From Candidatus Iainarchaeum sp. (GTDB lineage Archaea; Iainarchaeota; Iainarchaeia; Iainarchaeales; JAXPJC01): 64,000 nt of DNA. A program made the translations under genes and the position numbers. The stretch is from contig JACPJC010000009.1 in the NCBI GenBank assembly GCA_016187745.1, forward strand, positions 1,118-65,117, given 5' to 3'. Of the stretch, positions 47,346 to 57,772 are shown piece after piece (position 1 is the first letter of the stretch; each line of letters starts with the position of its first letter). The notes beneath the pieces are model-generated. The model was not told the DNA's origin. It ran no database searches and saw only the letters and a list, made by a program, of their open reading frames with translations.

Positions 47346-49796
47346 GTGAATGTGGGAAAGGCGACTGCAATTATTGCGCTTATTGTTCTGATCCAGCTGC
47401 AGCTTGTTTTTGCGGCGAACATGCACGGCAGCATGAAGATTTTTGCTGTTACAACCTCCGGGGAAGGGTTGTCTGCTGACCTGATTCTCTATTTGGAAAA
47501 GGGCTCGGGGGAAGTGTGGAGCACTGTTACTCCGCTTGTGGGAACCTCAACGCAAACAGCTGAAAGGGTTGCGGTTCAGGTAGCAAAGGACTACTCAAAG
47601 GAGGCAAACGGCTATGACTATAAGTTTGACATTGATTCTGATGCCGCGGTTGTTGACGGCCCGAGCGCAGGGGCGGCAATGGCGCTGCTCACAATTGCGC
47701 TTCTGCAGGGCAAGCAGATTCCGAAAAATGTGAGCCTCACAGGAACAATAAATGAGGCCGGGGAAGTCGGAGGCGTAGGAGGGGTTTATGAGAAATCAAA
47801 GGAGGCTGCTGCAGTCGGGATAAAATTGTTCATGATTCCCAGAGGCGAGGCCCAGCAGATTGTAAAGCTCCCCGAAGGGGTAAGGAGCATTGACCTCACA
47901 AGCTATGCCCCGGTTGCGTGGGGGATGAAGGTGATTGAGGTTTCTGACATTGATGAATCCCTGAAATACGCATTCACTGACATAAATGCGATTGATGTTA
48001 ATGTTGAGGATTCTGGAAACATCCCCCTGTTTGTGCCTAATGCGATAGGATATGCAAGGCAGCTTGAGCCATTGAGAGTTCTTACTTCCAGATATTTGAA
48101 AGAGGCGAATGAGCTGATAACTTCCGCAAGGGACGCGCTTTCAGGCACACTGCTTGAGGATCCGGCACTTGTTGACTCAATGCTTGGCAGCTTAAACGAT
48201 GCGGAGCGGAACATAAAGCATGCGGAGCTTCTCTTCGACCAGAATTACCTCTATTCCGCTGCAAACAATGCCTTCGTATCAAAAGTAAACGCCTCTCTTG
48301 TGAAGGACATAGCCGAAAACCCCTCCCTCTTTTCAAGCAATTCCCCGCTTCTGGAAACAAAGCTGAATGAGCTGATGCAGGACATAGAGCGCCTGAAGGC
48401 GGATGTAAATTATGCGGTTCCGATTGATTACCTTGAGTGGCACATTGCCGCGGAGGAAAGGCTTTCATGGGCCGAGCTTAACGTAAACAAGCTGCTTACA
48501 ACCCAGACAATTGCAATCGGCGGGGATGAAATCTCGCAATACACAATAATACTGAAGAATATCCAGGATTACGAATTCGCTGTTGCATGGTACAATGCGG
48601 CAAAGGATTTTTATACTTTGGGCAAATCCTCGGAAAAGCTTGTCGCGCTTGACAACAAGTTCAAGAACTATTCCTCGAGCTATATAGTGAATACTGAAAA
48701 TAACCTCAGCATCCTGAGCCAGATACTCTCCCCTGAGCAGCTGGAAGACATTGAAAGAAGGGTGAAAGCCTCAAAGCTTGAAACCGCAGGCAATCTGCAT
48801 CTGGGCTCTGCATTTGACGCGGCTTCCGCGCTTGCGCTTGCAAATGCCGCAATCGCAACAAATGAAAAGGACCTTAATGGGCTTTACACAATACTCGAAT
48901 CCTCCATAAAGCGGATGGAAAGCGCAATGACGAAATCTTCTCACGCCGGTAAGCTTGTATGGGTAAACCTCTACCTTGACCACGCAAAATACTACCTGGA
49001 AGCGGCAAACTTCTATTATTCCCAGGGCGAGGGAAGCGCCGCAAAGGAAAGGCTTGTTTCAGGCATAAGCCTTGCGTATCTGGCAGAGAACATATTTGCG
49101 GTTTCGGAGGACATATACGAATATTATGATGCAATCCCCGCAAGCAAGTACATAAAGCAGAAAAATGCAGCAGAAGGATTTGAATTCAACTTTGAATTTG
49201 CGCTTTCAATTGCGATTATTGCGCTGGTTATATTGTTCATTGCCATCGCATTGCTCCTCGCAATAAGGCTTGCAAAATCTCACAAGGCAGGGGTTCCCGC
49301 AGAGGCAGCAAATATAAAATACCTGCAGCATTCGCTTGACGAGGCATTGATGCACGGGAAAATCTCCGAGGAGAGGTATGCTGAACTCAGCGAGAAATAT
49401 GCGCAGCAGATTGCGGATAATGAGGCGTCCAGAAAGCAGAAGGGGGAGCATCTTATAATAATCGACAGGCTGCGCGCAGAGCTTCTTGCAATGGAGCATA
49501 CCCTGCACAGCCTTAAAATCCACTACAAGGAAGGCCTGCTCTCCGAGGACGCATACCACAGGTACATGGAGAAATACCACAGGCGCATGGATGCCCTGAA
49601 AAATGCGCTTGAGAAGGAGGCAAGGCAGATTTCGGGAAGGCAGCCGCTGCTTGAGGCCGAAGACATTGAGGAAAAGCCGAAGAAAATCATATTCGAGGAA
49701 ACGCTGAAAAAAAGGGAAAAGGAAGAAAAGCCCAAGGCGCAAAAAAAGAGGCAAACCGGCAAAAAAATGAAAAGCAAAAAAGGCAGAAAAAATTAA
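47346..49796 (+). CDS. Secreted/membrane-anchored S16 (Lon-C type) serine protease without ATPase domain
   Basis: Signal peptide, VDGPSAGAA (Ser), LTGTI..GEVGGVGGVYEK (Lys); TM near aa 620-640; charged tail. Confidence 0.85.
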   Translation: MNVGKATAIIALIVLIQLQLVFAANMHGSMKIFAVTTSGEGLSADLILYLEKGSGEVWSTVTPLVGTSTQTAERVAVQVAKDYSKEANGYDYKFDIDSDAAVVDGPSAGAAMALLTIALLQGKQIPKNVSLTGTINEAGEVGGVGGVYEKSKEAAAVGIKLFMIPRGEAQQIVKLPEGVRSIDLTSYAPVAWGMKVIEVSDIDESLKYAFTDINAIDVNVEDSGNIPLFVPNAIGYARQLEPLRVLTSRYLKEANELITSARDALSGTLLEDPALVDSMLGSLNDAERNIKHAELLFDQNYLYSAANNAFVSKVNASLVKDIAENPSLFSSNSPLLETKLNELMQDIERLKADVNYAVPIDYLEWHIAAEERLSWAELNVNKLLTTQTIAIGGDEISQYTIILKNIQDYEFAVAWYNAAKDFYTLGKSSEKLVALDNKFKNYSSSYIVNTENNLSILSQILSPEQLEDIERRVKASKLETAGNLHLGSAFDAASALALANAAIATNEKDLNGLYTILESSIKRMESAMTKSSHAGKLVWVNLYLDHAKYYLEAANFYYSQGEGSAAKERLVSGISLAYLAENIFAVSEDIYEYYDAIPASKYIKQKNAAEGFEFNFEFALSIAIIALVILFIAIALLLAIRLAKSHKAGVPAEAANIKYLQHSLDEALMHGKISEERYAELSEKYAQQIADNEASRKQKGEHLIIIDRLRAELLAMEHTLHSLKIHYKEGLLSEDAYHRYMEKYHRRMDALKNALEKEARQISGRQPLLEAEDIEEKPKKIIFEETLKKREKEEKPKAQKKRQTGKKMKSKKGRKN

Positions 49797-49848
49797 AATT
49801 CCCCTTTTTTTGGGAGCTTATTTAGGTCATTAAAAAAAGGTTTGACTC

Positions 49849-50373
49849 ATGAGCAAACTCGGCATAACAATAAGAAAGAGCATTTACCCAACACACATTT
49901 ACTACGCCATAGAGTCCGGAGAAGGGGGCAAGGGCAAATTGTTTTTAAGCGGCAAAGAAATTTCAGAAGCGCTAAAAAACTCCGGATTTTATGTAAAAAA
50001 CGAGGCGATAGGCCATGTAGAATTTCAATTGGACAATCCACATAACCCCAAAAATATAACACAAACAAGTTTTTACCCTATTGGACGGCTACGAGACCAA
50101 CATTTTAATTTTTTTGTGCGGAAGGGAATTGCTTCTTCAATTGAATATGCCATTTATAATGATTTAATAAAAAAATATCCAACAATCAAAAATATCATAC
50201 ATAATGCCCCCTTTGACTCGTATAGAAAAGTGCTTAGGAAAAGAGGATTGCCTTACAAAGCCATGGTTTTAACACATGGTTTTCAAAGAACAATAAATGC
50301 GCTGAGGCGTTATCGCACAAGCATGCATTTAAAAGGCAGGAAACTGCATAAGAAAATCCTGATAAAAAAATAA
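49849..50373 (+). CDS. Basic orphan protein, possible GNAT-like
   Basis: IGHVEF and FVRKGIAS resemble GNAT motif A; AT-rich. Confidence 0.55.
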   Translation: MSKLGITIRKSIYPTHIYYAIESGEGGKGKLFLSGKEISEALKNSGFYVKNEAIGHVEFQLDNPHNPKNITQTSFYPIGRLRDQHFNFFVRKGIASSIEYAIYNDLIKKYPTIKNIIHNAPFDSYRKVLRKRGLPYKAMVLTHGFQRTINALRRYRTSMHLKGRKLHKKILIKK

Positions 50374-50412
50374 GGCAATAGCTCAAGCGCCATGCATTCA
50401 TTTATGCGGCAA

Positions 50413-53193
50413 TTATCCTGCGCTATTTTCCAGCTTTTCCTTGAGCTTCAGGCCTATTACGCTTGATTTCTGCTCGTTGAGCGCAACCCCGATTATCTGG
50501 TCCGCATTCCTTATGAGGGAGTCATTGTGGGTTATTGCAATGAACTGGCTTTCCCTGCTTATGTCCATTATCATCCTCATCAGCTTTTCTGAATTCTCCT
50601 TGTCAAGCGCCGCGTCCGCCTCATCAAAGAAATAGAACGGAGCGCTCTCATATAGCTGTATTGCGAAAAGGAATGCAAGCGCGGTAAGCGATTTCTCCCC
50701 GCCGGACATTATGTCAATATTGCTGAACTTTACAGCCTTGTGCCTTGCCTCTATCAGCAGTCCGGAATTCAATGGGTCTGAAGGGTTTGTCAATCCGAGC
50801 TTTCCCTCGCCCTCAAGGAAATTGAAGAATATTTTAGAGAAATGGCCGCTTACTTTCTCATAGCAGCCCATGAACGCCTCATTGCGCTTCACATCAATCT
50901 TGTCTATCATGTCAAGGACTGCAGTTCTCTCCTGCTCAAGGACATTTGATTTTTCCCTTACCTCATCCACTTCCTTCTTGTAGGAATCATACTGCGCCAA
51001 TGCCTTCATGTTTATTGCGCCCAATTGCATTATTCCATTTTCTATCGTTGGGAGGGAGGAGCGCAGCTTCTCAATATTGGCGTTTTTGATTATTTCAATT
51101 CCTGGGTAATCCCTGAGCTCGTTCTCAAGGTCTGCCGCATGCACCTCGTATTTTGAATGCTCCAGATTTATTTCATTTATGCGCCTGTCAAATTCCGCAA
51201 GGCGCGATTCATAGGAAAGCTTTTTTGAGAGCAGGGCATTCAGCGCCTTCTCAACCCTTATTTTGTCTTCCTCATATTCCTTCCCCTGAAGCTCTATTTT
51301 CCTGATTTCAGCCTGCATGCCGCTGAGTTTGGCATTGTGCTGCCTTATGTTCTGCTGCTCATCCTCAATTCCCTTTTTCGAAATTTCAAGCTCATTTTCA
51401 ATGATTGCCTTATCGGATTTGAGCTCGGCTTCCCTTTTTTCCATTTCAGAGGATTCTGCCTTTGCCTTTGTAACGGATTGCAGCGCGGAATGCAATTGCT
51501 TATTTAGCCCAATAATCTTCTCATGCCCTTCCGCTGAGGAAATCTGCGCATTCCCCTTCCTCAGGGAAGAAACCTCTCCCTCAAGCAGCTTCTGCTTTTC
51601 GCCGAGCTTTGCAAATTCCTTCGCGGCCTTCTGCTCCCCTGCAATCATTTCCCTTATCAAATAAGCCTTTGCATTTTTTGCCTTTGACAGCGCGCTTATC
51701 TGCCCATCCGCGCTTATTTGCGAAACAGCCCTGAGCAGCTCATCAAGCTCGGAGTGCAGCGCCTCTGTCATTTCACATATCCCCCTTATTTCATCCGCCG
51801 CAAGCCTTGCCTCCTGCACCTTGCTTTTCCCAATCTTGTCCCAGAGCTTCCTGAGATTTGCGCTTATTTTCCTGAGCTTTTCTGAAAAATCCCTTATTAG
51901 CGTTAATTTCCCTGAAATTTTTTTAAGTTCAGCGCTGCTTCCAAGCCTTTCAATCTCCTTCTGCAGTATCTCTATCTCGCCATTCAGCAGCACGTGCCCT
52001 GATTTTTTTGCAAGCAATTCCTTGTGCATCTCGAGCAGCTGCTTCTGTGTGCTGCCCAAATCAGCTTCGGCCTTTGCAAGCCTTTTTGGGATTTCGCTGT
52101 TCCTTCCGGCATTGCGCTCCTTTTCCTTTTCGGCTTCGGAAATGCGCTTTTTCAGCGCATCTGCCCCAATCTCATTTTCCTTTAGGATTCCTTCCCTTTC
52201 CGAAAGCCCCCTGCCTATTTCAGCCAGCCTCTCCCCAATTGAATTTTTCTTTTCAATGAGCCTTGCGTTTGCATCCTGAAGGGAAGCAATCCTTCCCTCG
52301 CACACCCTTATTTCCGATTGGATTTCAGAAGCGTCCTTTCCCAGGCCCTCGTAGGTTTTCTGCCTTATCGCCGAAAGCTGCAGCTCCGCTTCCTGCTGCC
52401 TTGCGCGCAATTTGGTTTCTTCATCATCATATGTTAAGCGCTCCTTCTGGAGGGCATCCTTCCCCTTTGCAATTTCAGCAATTTTCCCTGCGCCGCGCTG
52501 CAGACTGCCTTTCGCTTCCTCAAGCGCATATGAAATTATTGTCGCCTTTGTTTCCTTCAGCATTCTCTGGAGCGAATTGTATTTCTCCGCAAGCTCCCTT
52601 TCTTTAAGCAATTCCTGCAGATAGGCTTCCCTTTCATTCAATACAATCCGCACTTCGCGGATTTTCTGCTCGACCTTTTCCAGCTCCTTGAGCGCCTCCT
52701 CCTTCTTGAGCGCGAATTCGCTCAATCCTGCCACATCATCAATTATCGTGCGCCTTTCCTCCGCGCTCATTTCAATTATTCGGGTCACATCGCCCTGCAC
52801 TACAATGTTATAGCCGTTAGGGCTTATTCCAAGCTGCTGGAGCAATGAGGCAATTTCGTTCAGCGCGCTCTGCTTCCCCTGAAGCCTGTAAACCGAGCGC
52901 CCCTGCTTGTCTATTGTGCGCGCAATCTCATAGGTTTTCTCGGAATTTTTTAGCGTAATCTCAACTTTTGCTGTGTTGTCCTCTGCCGCATGGTTTACGA
53001 GGTCGCTCAGTTTCTTCGCGCGCATGAGCTTCATGCTTGTTATGCCCAAGCCAAAAAGCACAGCATCAAGGATATTGGATTTTCCCGTTCCGTTCGCGCC
53101 CGCAATTACGGTAAATCCATCAGTGAGGGGGAATTCGGCCTTGCGGAAGGACTTGAAATTGCGCAGAACTAGTTTCGAGATTCTTGTGCTCAT
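50413..53193 (-). CDS. smc: SMC-family ATPase (926 aa), no recognisable hinge
   Basis: NFKSF, GANGTGKSN, VVQGDV, MSGGEKS, FFDEADAALD, ITHN; long coiled coil. Confidence 0.88.
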   Translation of the reverse strand: MSTRISKLVLRNFKSFRKAEFPLTDGFTVIAGANGTGKSNILDAVLFGLGITSMKLMRAKKLSDLVNHAAEDNTAKVEITLKNSEKTYEIARTIDKQGRSVYRLQGKQSALNEIASLLQQLGISPNGYNIVVQGDVTRIIEMSAEERRTIIDDVAGLSEFALKKEEALKELEKVEQKIREVRIVLNEREAYLQELLKERELAEKYNSLQRMLKETKATIISYALEEAKGSLQRGAGKIAEIAKGKDALQKERLTYDDEETKLRARQQEAELQLSAIRQKTYEGLGKDASEIQSEIRVCEGRIASLQDANARLIEKKNSIGERLAEIGRGLSEREGILKENEIGADALKKRISEAEKEKERNAGRNSEIPKRLAKAEADLGSTQKQLLEMHKELLAKKSGHVLLNGEIEILQKEIERLGSSAELKKISGKLTLIRDFSEKLRKISANLRKLWDKIGKSKVQEARLAADEIRGICEMTEALHSELDELLRAVSQISADGQISALSKAKNAKAYLIREMIAGEQKAAKEFAKLGEKQKLLEGEVSSLRKGNAQISSAEGHEKIIGLNKQLHSALQSVTKAKAESSEMEKREAELKSDKAIIENELEISKKGIEDEQQNIRQHNAKLSGMQAEIRKIELQGKEYEEDKIRVEKALNALLSKKLSYESRLAEFDRRINEINLEHSKYEVHAADLENELRDYPGIEIIKNANIEKLRSSLPTIENGIMQLGAINMKALAQYDSYKKEVDEVREKSNVLEQERTAVLDMIDKIDVKRNEAFMGCYEKVSGHFSKIFFNFLEGEGKLGLTNPSDPLNSGLLIEARHKAVKFSNIDIMSGGEKSLTALAFLFAIQLYESAPFYFFDEADAALDKENSEKLMRMIMDISRESQFIAITHNDSLIRNADQIIGVALNEQKSSVIGLKLKEKLENSAG

Positions 53194-53292
53194 TTTATTC
53201 CCTGACCATCAAGCAATAAATAAAGAATAGGAATTCAAGTTTAAAAATTGTTGCATTTTGGCTTGTTAACCTGTTGCTGATAAAGCGGAAAA

Positions 53293-53850
53293 TTAAGGAA
53301 TTATTTCATATTCTGCAATAGCTATGCCCTGAATTCCCCCATAACCATACCAACCAGTCGCTCTAAATTTAAAATCTTTTTCTAAGCCAGGAAGAATTGT
53401 TTCTGTTTCTCGGGTTATTGTTCCACTTTTAGTTGAATATACAAAATAACCTTCTTCTTTTGTAAAGGAAAATGTGGCACTCACAACACTTTCATTCCCA
53501 GAACTTATTGGGGCTTCCGGGTCAAAAACTTGTCTAATCTTAGCTGGTCTTGCACTATGTTGAAACTGAATAGTAATTTCTTTGCCCTCCTCTATTCCTG
53601 CAGAAACCCAATCAAAATCACTGCTTATGGAATTAATCTTATCAATCCTCACAACTGCGGTATCTCTTGGGCGAGTGATATCTCCGCCCTCTTCTCCGCC
53701 CCCAATTAAAGACAAAGAAACAACAGTGCCTTCAAATTCCATATGTGGCAACATGGCTGTGTTTTTCTGGGGAGGAAGTAAAGTAAGAATTATCCCAATT
53801 GCAACTGCTAAGATAGTTATCCCGGCAATCCAGTAGTATTTTCGTTGCAT
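53293..53850 (-). CDS. Membrane-anchored hypothetical protein
   Basis: N-terminal TM followed by a beta-rich domain. Confidence 0.65.
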   Translation of the reverse strand: MQRKYYWIAGITILAVAIGIILTLLPPQKNTAMLPHMEFEGTVVSLSLIGGGEEGGDITRPRDTAVVRIDKINSISSDFDWVSAGIEEGKEITIQFQHSARPAKIRQVFDPEAPISSGNESVVSATFSFTKEEGYFVYSTKSGTITRETETILPGLEKDFKFRATGWYGYGGIQGIAIAEYEIIP

Positions 53851-53870
53851 ATTATCATCTAACTTTTGGT

Positions 53871-54662
53871 TTATATCTTCTGCACATAGTAAAGCGCAAT
53901 CGCGAGGTTGGTGTATGCGGTAGCAATCAATGTGAAAATTGCAAGAACAGCAATCGCGCTCATATCGTCAATGAAAAGGTCCGCAATATTGCCGCCGATG
54001 AAATTCAGCGCAGGGCTCACAATGAGGAAAACAACCGCAAGCATGATGAGCAGCCCGAAGAAATGCTTTTCCGAGAATTTCCAGGATTTCTGAAGCGCCT
54101 CTTTCAGGTTAACTTCCTCAATTGCCATTATTGGAACAGCCATTGCCAGCTTTATCCCAAGGTAAATGACCAGAAGCGCAAAAACAATCCAGAGCGCTAT
54201 TGCAATTATGTCCGTGTAGAAGCCGAGCGCAAGAAGCGCATAGGCAATAACAAGGAAAAACACGCTTACAATCCCGAAGAAAACAAATGCCGCAATAACG
54301 TGCTTTATGTTTTTTGTGGCGTAAGCCATTGCGCCGAATATTCCCTGCTTTTTCTTCTTCCCGGAAACAAACCTCGCATAGCCAAAAGCAAGCCATATCT
54401 GCAGGAGCAGGGAAAGCGCAAGCAGGCCAATGAGCGCATTTATTTCGGCGGAATACATCACATACAATGCAAATGGGAATTCCCAGATTCCGGTTTCAGG
54501 GAGAATTTCATAAACAAGCCCCTGGTAGAGAAGCCCGAACACCAATTCCCCGAGCGCAAGGGAAGCGACAATGCTTACTGCCATTACTATCAGTGCGGGC
54601 AGCAAAACCTGCGGCCTGCGCAAAATTGTTGTAAAGCCTGAAATGACTGCTTTTAGCGGCAT
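53871..54662 (-). CDS. Polytopic membrane protein
   Basis: About six hydrophobic helices; EALQKSWKF pattern. Confidence 0.75.
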   Translation of the reverse strand: MPLKAVISGFTTILRRPQVLLPALIVMAVSIVASLALGELVFGLLYQGLVYEILPETGIWEFPFALYVMYSAEINALIGLLALSLLLQIWLAFGYARFVSGKKKKQGIFGAMAYATKNIKHVIAAFVFFGIVSVFFLVIAYALLALGFYTDIIAIALWIVFALLVIYLGIKLAMAVPIMAIEEVNLKEALQKSWKFSEKHFFGLLIMLAVVFLIVSPALNFIGGNIADLFIDDMSAIAVLAIFTLIATAYTNLAIALYYVQKI

Positions 54663-54794
54663 TTTTGTGCTTCCTTGCTCTTTTGGATGTTATATGTAGG
54701 AGTAATTGGTATAAATAGTTTTCTTTTTAAATGCTTTTCTATCCAAATTTATAGCATAAATGGGCATTCTATTGGCTGTTTTTGGGTAATTAAA

Positions 54795-55082
54795 ATGAAG
54801 ATTCCGAAATTGATGAAGCTTTACTGCAGGAAGTGCAACAAGCACACTGAGCACAAGCTCAAGCAGTTCAAGCCCGGCAAGGCAAGGAGCATGAGCAAGG
54901 GCACAAGGAAAATGGAGCACAAGCACAAGCACGGGTATGGCGGAAAAACCAAGTTCCCGGCAATGGTAAAGAAGCAGACAAAGAAGCCCACATTCCTTGC
55001 GGAATGCGCGGTGTGCAAGAAAAAGGTCTATTTTGTAATACCTAAGCGCATGAAGAGAATAGAATTTGAGGCGGCAGCATAA
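54795..55082 (+). CDS. rpl44e: 50S ribosomal protein L44e (eL42)
   Basis: MKIPK..YCRKCNKHTEH, GYGG, KQTKK, CAVC. Confidence 0.95.
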   Translation: MKIPKLMKLYCRKCNKHTEHKLKQFKPGKARSMSKGTRKMEHKHKHGYGGKTKFPAMVKKQTKKPTFLAECAVCKKKVYFVIPKRMKRIEFEAAA

Positions 55083-55095
55083 GGAAAAGGCACTT

Positions 55096-55356
55096 TCATG
55101 CAAAGGAAATTATCTGGAGCCCATATTTCTCAATGTCTTTTTTGGGCCAGAACCTGATGTCCTTTGTTTTCAGGGAATAGGCAACTTTCTTTTCAATTTT
55201 CCTGCCGGTGTACTGTTTTGTTTTGGGATCCCACTCTTTCAGTAACAGGATGTCATTTGGTTTGCATTCAAAATCCGCAAGCCGCAGCTCAAATGTCTTT
55301 TTGCCAGCAAGGATTGCACCGAAGAACTCCGGCCAGACTTTCTTTTCTATTTTCAT
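55096..55356 (-). CDS. ASCH/PUA-like (DUF3850) protein
   Basis: KKVWPEFFGAILAGKKTFELR, D.L.LKEWD, YTGR. Confidence 0.85.
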   Translation of the reverse strand: MKIEKKVWPEFFGAILAGKKTFELRLADFECKPNDILLLKEWDPKTKQYTGRKIEKKVAYSLKTKDIRFWPKKDIEKYGLQIISFA

Positions 55357-55368
55357 ATTGCAATGGCG

Positions 55369-55590
55369 CTATCTTCTTTTTTTGGATTTTGGCGCATGCC
55401 CCTTGTTCTCTTCTGAAAGCCTTCCAATCAGCGCAACCATTATCATAAGCAGCCCGATTACCATTAGCGCCATGAAGGCTATGTACGCGACATTCTGCCA
55501 GATGTATGCGATAGTGAGCAGGAAATTCACAAAGAGGAGAACCGCAGCAAAGCAGAGTATTATTCCCCCAATTAATTCAATGCGCGCCAT
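55369..55590 (-). CDS. Small two-TM membrane protein
   Basis: Two hydrophobic helices and a basic tail. Confidence 0.6.
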   Translation of the reverse strand: MARIELIGGIILCFAAVLLFVNFLLTIAYIWQNVAYIAFMALMVIGLLMIMVALIGRLSEENKGHAPKSKKRR

Positions 55591-55728
55591 TCCAATCAGT
55601 TAAATAAATGCGCAGGGTATATTTAAAGGTTATTATTTGCATGATTATGTATAAGCAAAAGGCACCGAAAATGCTGAAGAGCGCATGCATATGCGCACAT
55701 TTAAAATATTAAACACCCTGTGTATATT

Positions 55729-56772
55729 ATGGCAAGGCTCAATCTCATTGGGAATTCGTTGTCCGCCCTGCTGCAAATAACCATACAAAAGCCGTTCTAT
55801 TCAACCCTTTTCATAACGAAGAGATGCAATTCCAGATGCGTCTTTTGCAATGCCTCGGATAATAAATTGCGCGATCCCTCATTGGATGAAATCAAGCGCA
55901 TAATAGATGAGTGCAGGGATTTCGGTATATGTGCAATGACAATTACAGGCGGAGAGCCAATGCTGAGGCCTGACATATTTGAAATCCTTAAATACATAGA
56001 ATCAAAGGGGATTGTTTATTCCATGGTGACTAATGGAACCCTCTGGGACGAGGATAAAATAAATGAAATCAGGAAAAGGAAAATTTATACCCTCTCCTTC
56101 AGCCTTGACACCCTGGACAGCAGGAAATACCGCAGGATCAGGGGCATTGACGGGCTGCCACTGCTCAAAAGAAACCTGGAACTGGCTGCAGAAAAAAATA
56201 TGCGGCATGGCTTTGTAAGCACTTTAACAACAGTCAATGAGCTCAACATCAATGAGGTTTTTGACATTGTTGAATTTGACCGCAGGAATAAATTCCGCTT
56301 CACCTGCGCACCGGTTTCCCATGGCCAGAATTTCAGATTCAGGGCAAATTCCGGGGCGCATTCGCTGAACAGCAGGTCAGCCGGGAATGTAAGCGGACTG
56401 TTCAATAAGCTGGCGGAGCAGTGCAAAAGAGACAAAACAATAATCGGCCCCTCTGTTTATTACAGGAACATCAGCAGGTTTTTTGAAGGGAATTATTCTG
56501 TTCCCTGCGACGCAGGAAAATATTACATCAGCATAGGCACTGACGCAGGGGTTTCAGCCTGCCAGGATTTTCCTGAATTCGGGAATGTTTTGAAGGACGG
56601 GCTTAAGAAAGCGCTTGGGAACAGGACGCAGGAGCAGAGGATAAATGCCTGCGCGAAAAACAACCCCTGCTTTTATGGCTGCACAACCTTTTTCTCCATG
56701 CTCTTAAGGCAGCCACTGCTGGAAAAGTTTGCAAGCATAGCGGAAGAGTCCTGGAAGGGCCTTCTCCTCTGA
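55729..56772 (+). CDS. Radical SAM/SPASM protein
   Basis: CNSRCVFC, TGGEP, VTNG, FSLD, CDAG..G.VSAC, C..C..GC. Confidence 0.9.
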   Translation: MARLNLIGNSLSALLQITIQKPFYSTLFITKRCNSRCVFCNASDNKLRDPSLDEIKRIIDECRDFGICAMTITGGEPMLRPDIFEILKYIESKGIVYSMVTNGTLWDEDKINEIRKRKIYTLSFSLDTLDSRKYRRIRGIDGLPLLKRNLELAAEKNMRHGFVSTLTTVNELNINEVFDIVEFDRRNKFRFTCAPVSHGQNFRFRANSGAHSLNSRSAGNVSGLFNKLAEQCKRDKTIIGPSVYYRNISRFFEGNYSVPCDAGKYYISIGTDAGVSACQDFPEFGNVLKDGLKKALGNRTQEQRINACAKNNPCFYGCTTFFSMLLRQPLLEKFASIAEESWKGLLL

Positions 56773-56932
56773 ATTGGATGTGCAGTGCGCAACATTTTTA
56801 AACAACTTCTTCTTTTGTTAATAGGGGGTTGGGCGCTTTGGATAATTAACTCAGCGCCCGGCAGGATAACAAAGTTAATTTGGTTTTTAATTTAATTAAT
56901 TAACTAGCTAAAATGTTAATTAGCGGTGCAAC

Positions 56933-57772
56933 ATGACAACTAAAAATTCGCTTTTGTTAATAATGAAGCAGAATCCCGGAGCGGATTATATCTCCCTGCT
57001 TAACAAAACCTCCCAAAATTATGGAAGCATTAATTCAGCGCGCGCAGCGCTTTCCCGCGCACTGAAGGATTTGAGCGCTTTTGGGTTTGTTGAAAGGCGC
57101 AACTCTGCGTTCTTCCTTACGGAAAAGGGCAATCTGGAGATTAACACGCAGATGAAAAGCAAGCTCTTGTTAAGGCTTAATGAAAGCATCAAATCGCGCA
57201 ACAGCCTTGAGGAGATTGACACTATAGTGAAGCATTTGCACACCCTCATAGAAAGAAGCAAGGCCGATGCCGATTTATTGAAAGCCGCGAGGAACAGCGC
57301 TGATTTTTACATAGCGGAACTGCATGATTTGCTGTTAAAATTGCAGTCAAAAACCGAGCATTTCTCCTATCTCCAGAAGGTGCTTGCAGAGCAGCTGGAA
57401 ACGCTCAAGCAGTTCAATTTCAATGACTCCTGCAGGCTGGATTTCAATGAGGAGAACTTCTCAAAAAGCATTGAATTCTCAAAATCCCAGTCAACGGACA
57501 GCTTTGTTGTTGAAACAAGGAATTCCCAACTGCTCGAGAGCATTGCAAATGCAACTTCCACGAAGCCGAATGCGAATAATCTGCTCCTCCCAATTGCTGA
57601 ATTTAAAAGGGTTTCTGATATAATAAAACAAAGCCTGTCCTCGCAGTCAATACAGCAGGAAGCGGTTGCGCTGCATTTCGGCGCAGCGAAAATTGAATTC
57701 CTCCTGCCAAATATAATAATTTACGGGCCTTATGCGACAATCAATGAATTTGCAGGGAGCTTGAAAAAATGA
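56933..57772 (+). CDS. Winged-helix domain protein
   Basis: ALSRALKDLSAFGFVERR..FFLTEKG followed by a helical region. Confidence 0.65.
   Translation: MTTKNSLLLIMKQNPGADYISLLNKTSQNYGSINSARAALSRALKDLSAFGFVERRNSAFFLTEKGNLEINTQMKSKLLLRLNESIKSRNSLEEIDTIVKHLHTLIERSKADADLLKAARNSADFYIAELHDLLLKLQSKTEHFSYLQKVLAEQLETLKQFNFNDSCRLDFNEENFSKSIEFSKSQSTDSFVVETRNSQLLESIANATSTKPNANNLLLPIAEFKRVSDIIKQSLSSQSIQQEAVALHFGAAKIEFLLPNIIIYGPYATINEFAGSLKK

Noticed and set aside
47279-47479. Cys-rich 66-aa ORF right after the radical SAM gene, tempting as a RiPP precursor
   Set aside because: The Cys-rich part overlaps the protease signal-peptide codons in another frame, which explains the cysteines. Its ATG lies within repeat copy 3 with no RBS. 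Not fully excluded.
54675-54794. N-terminal extension of rpl44e in the ORF track
   Set aside because: AT-rich promoter-like sequence; the ATG at 54795 gives the canonical MKIPK start.
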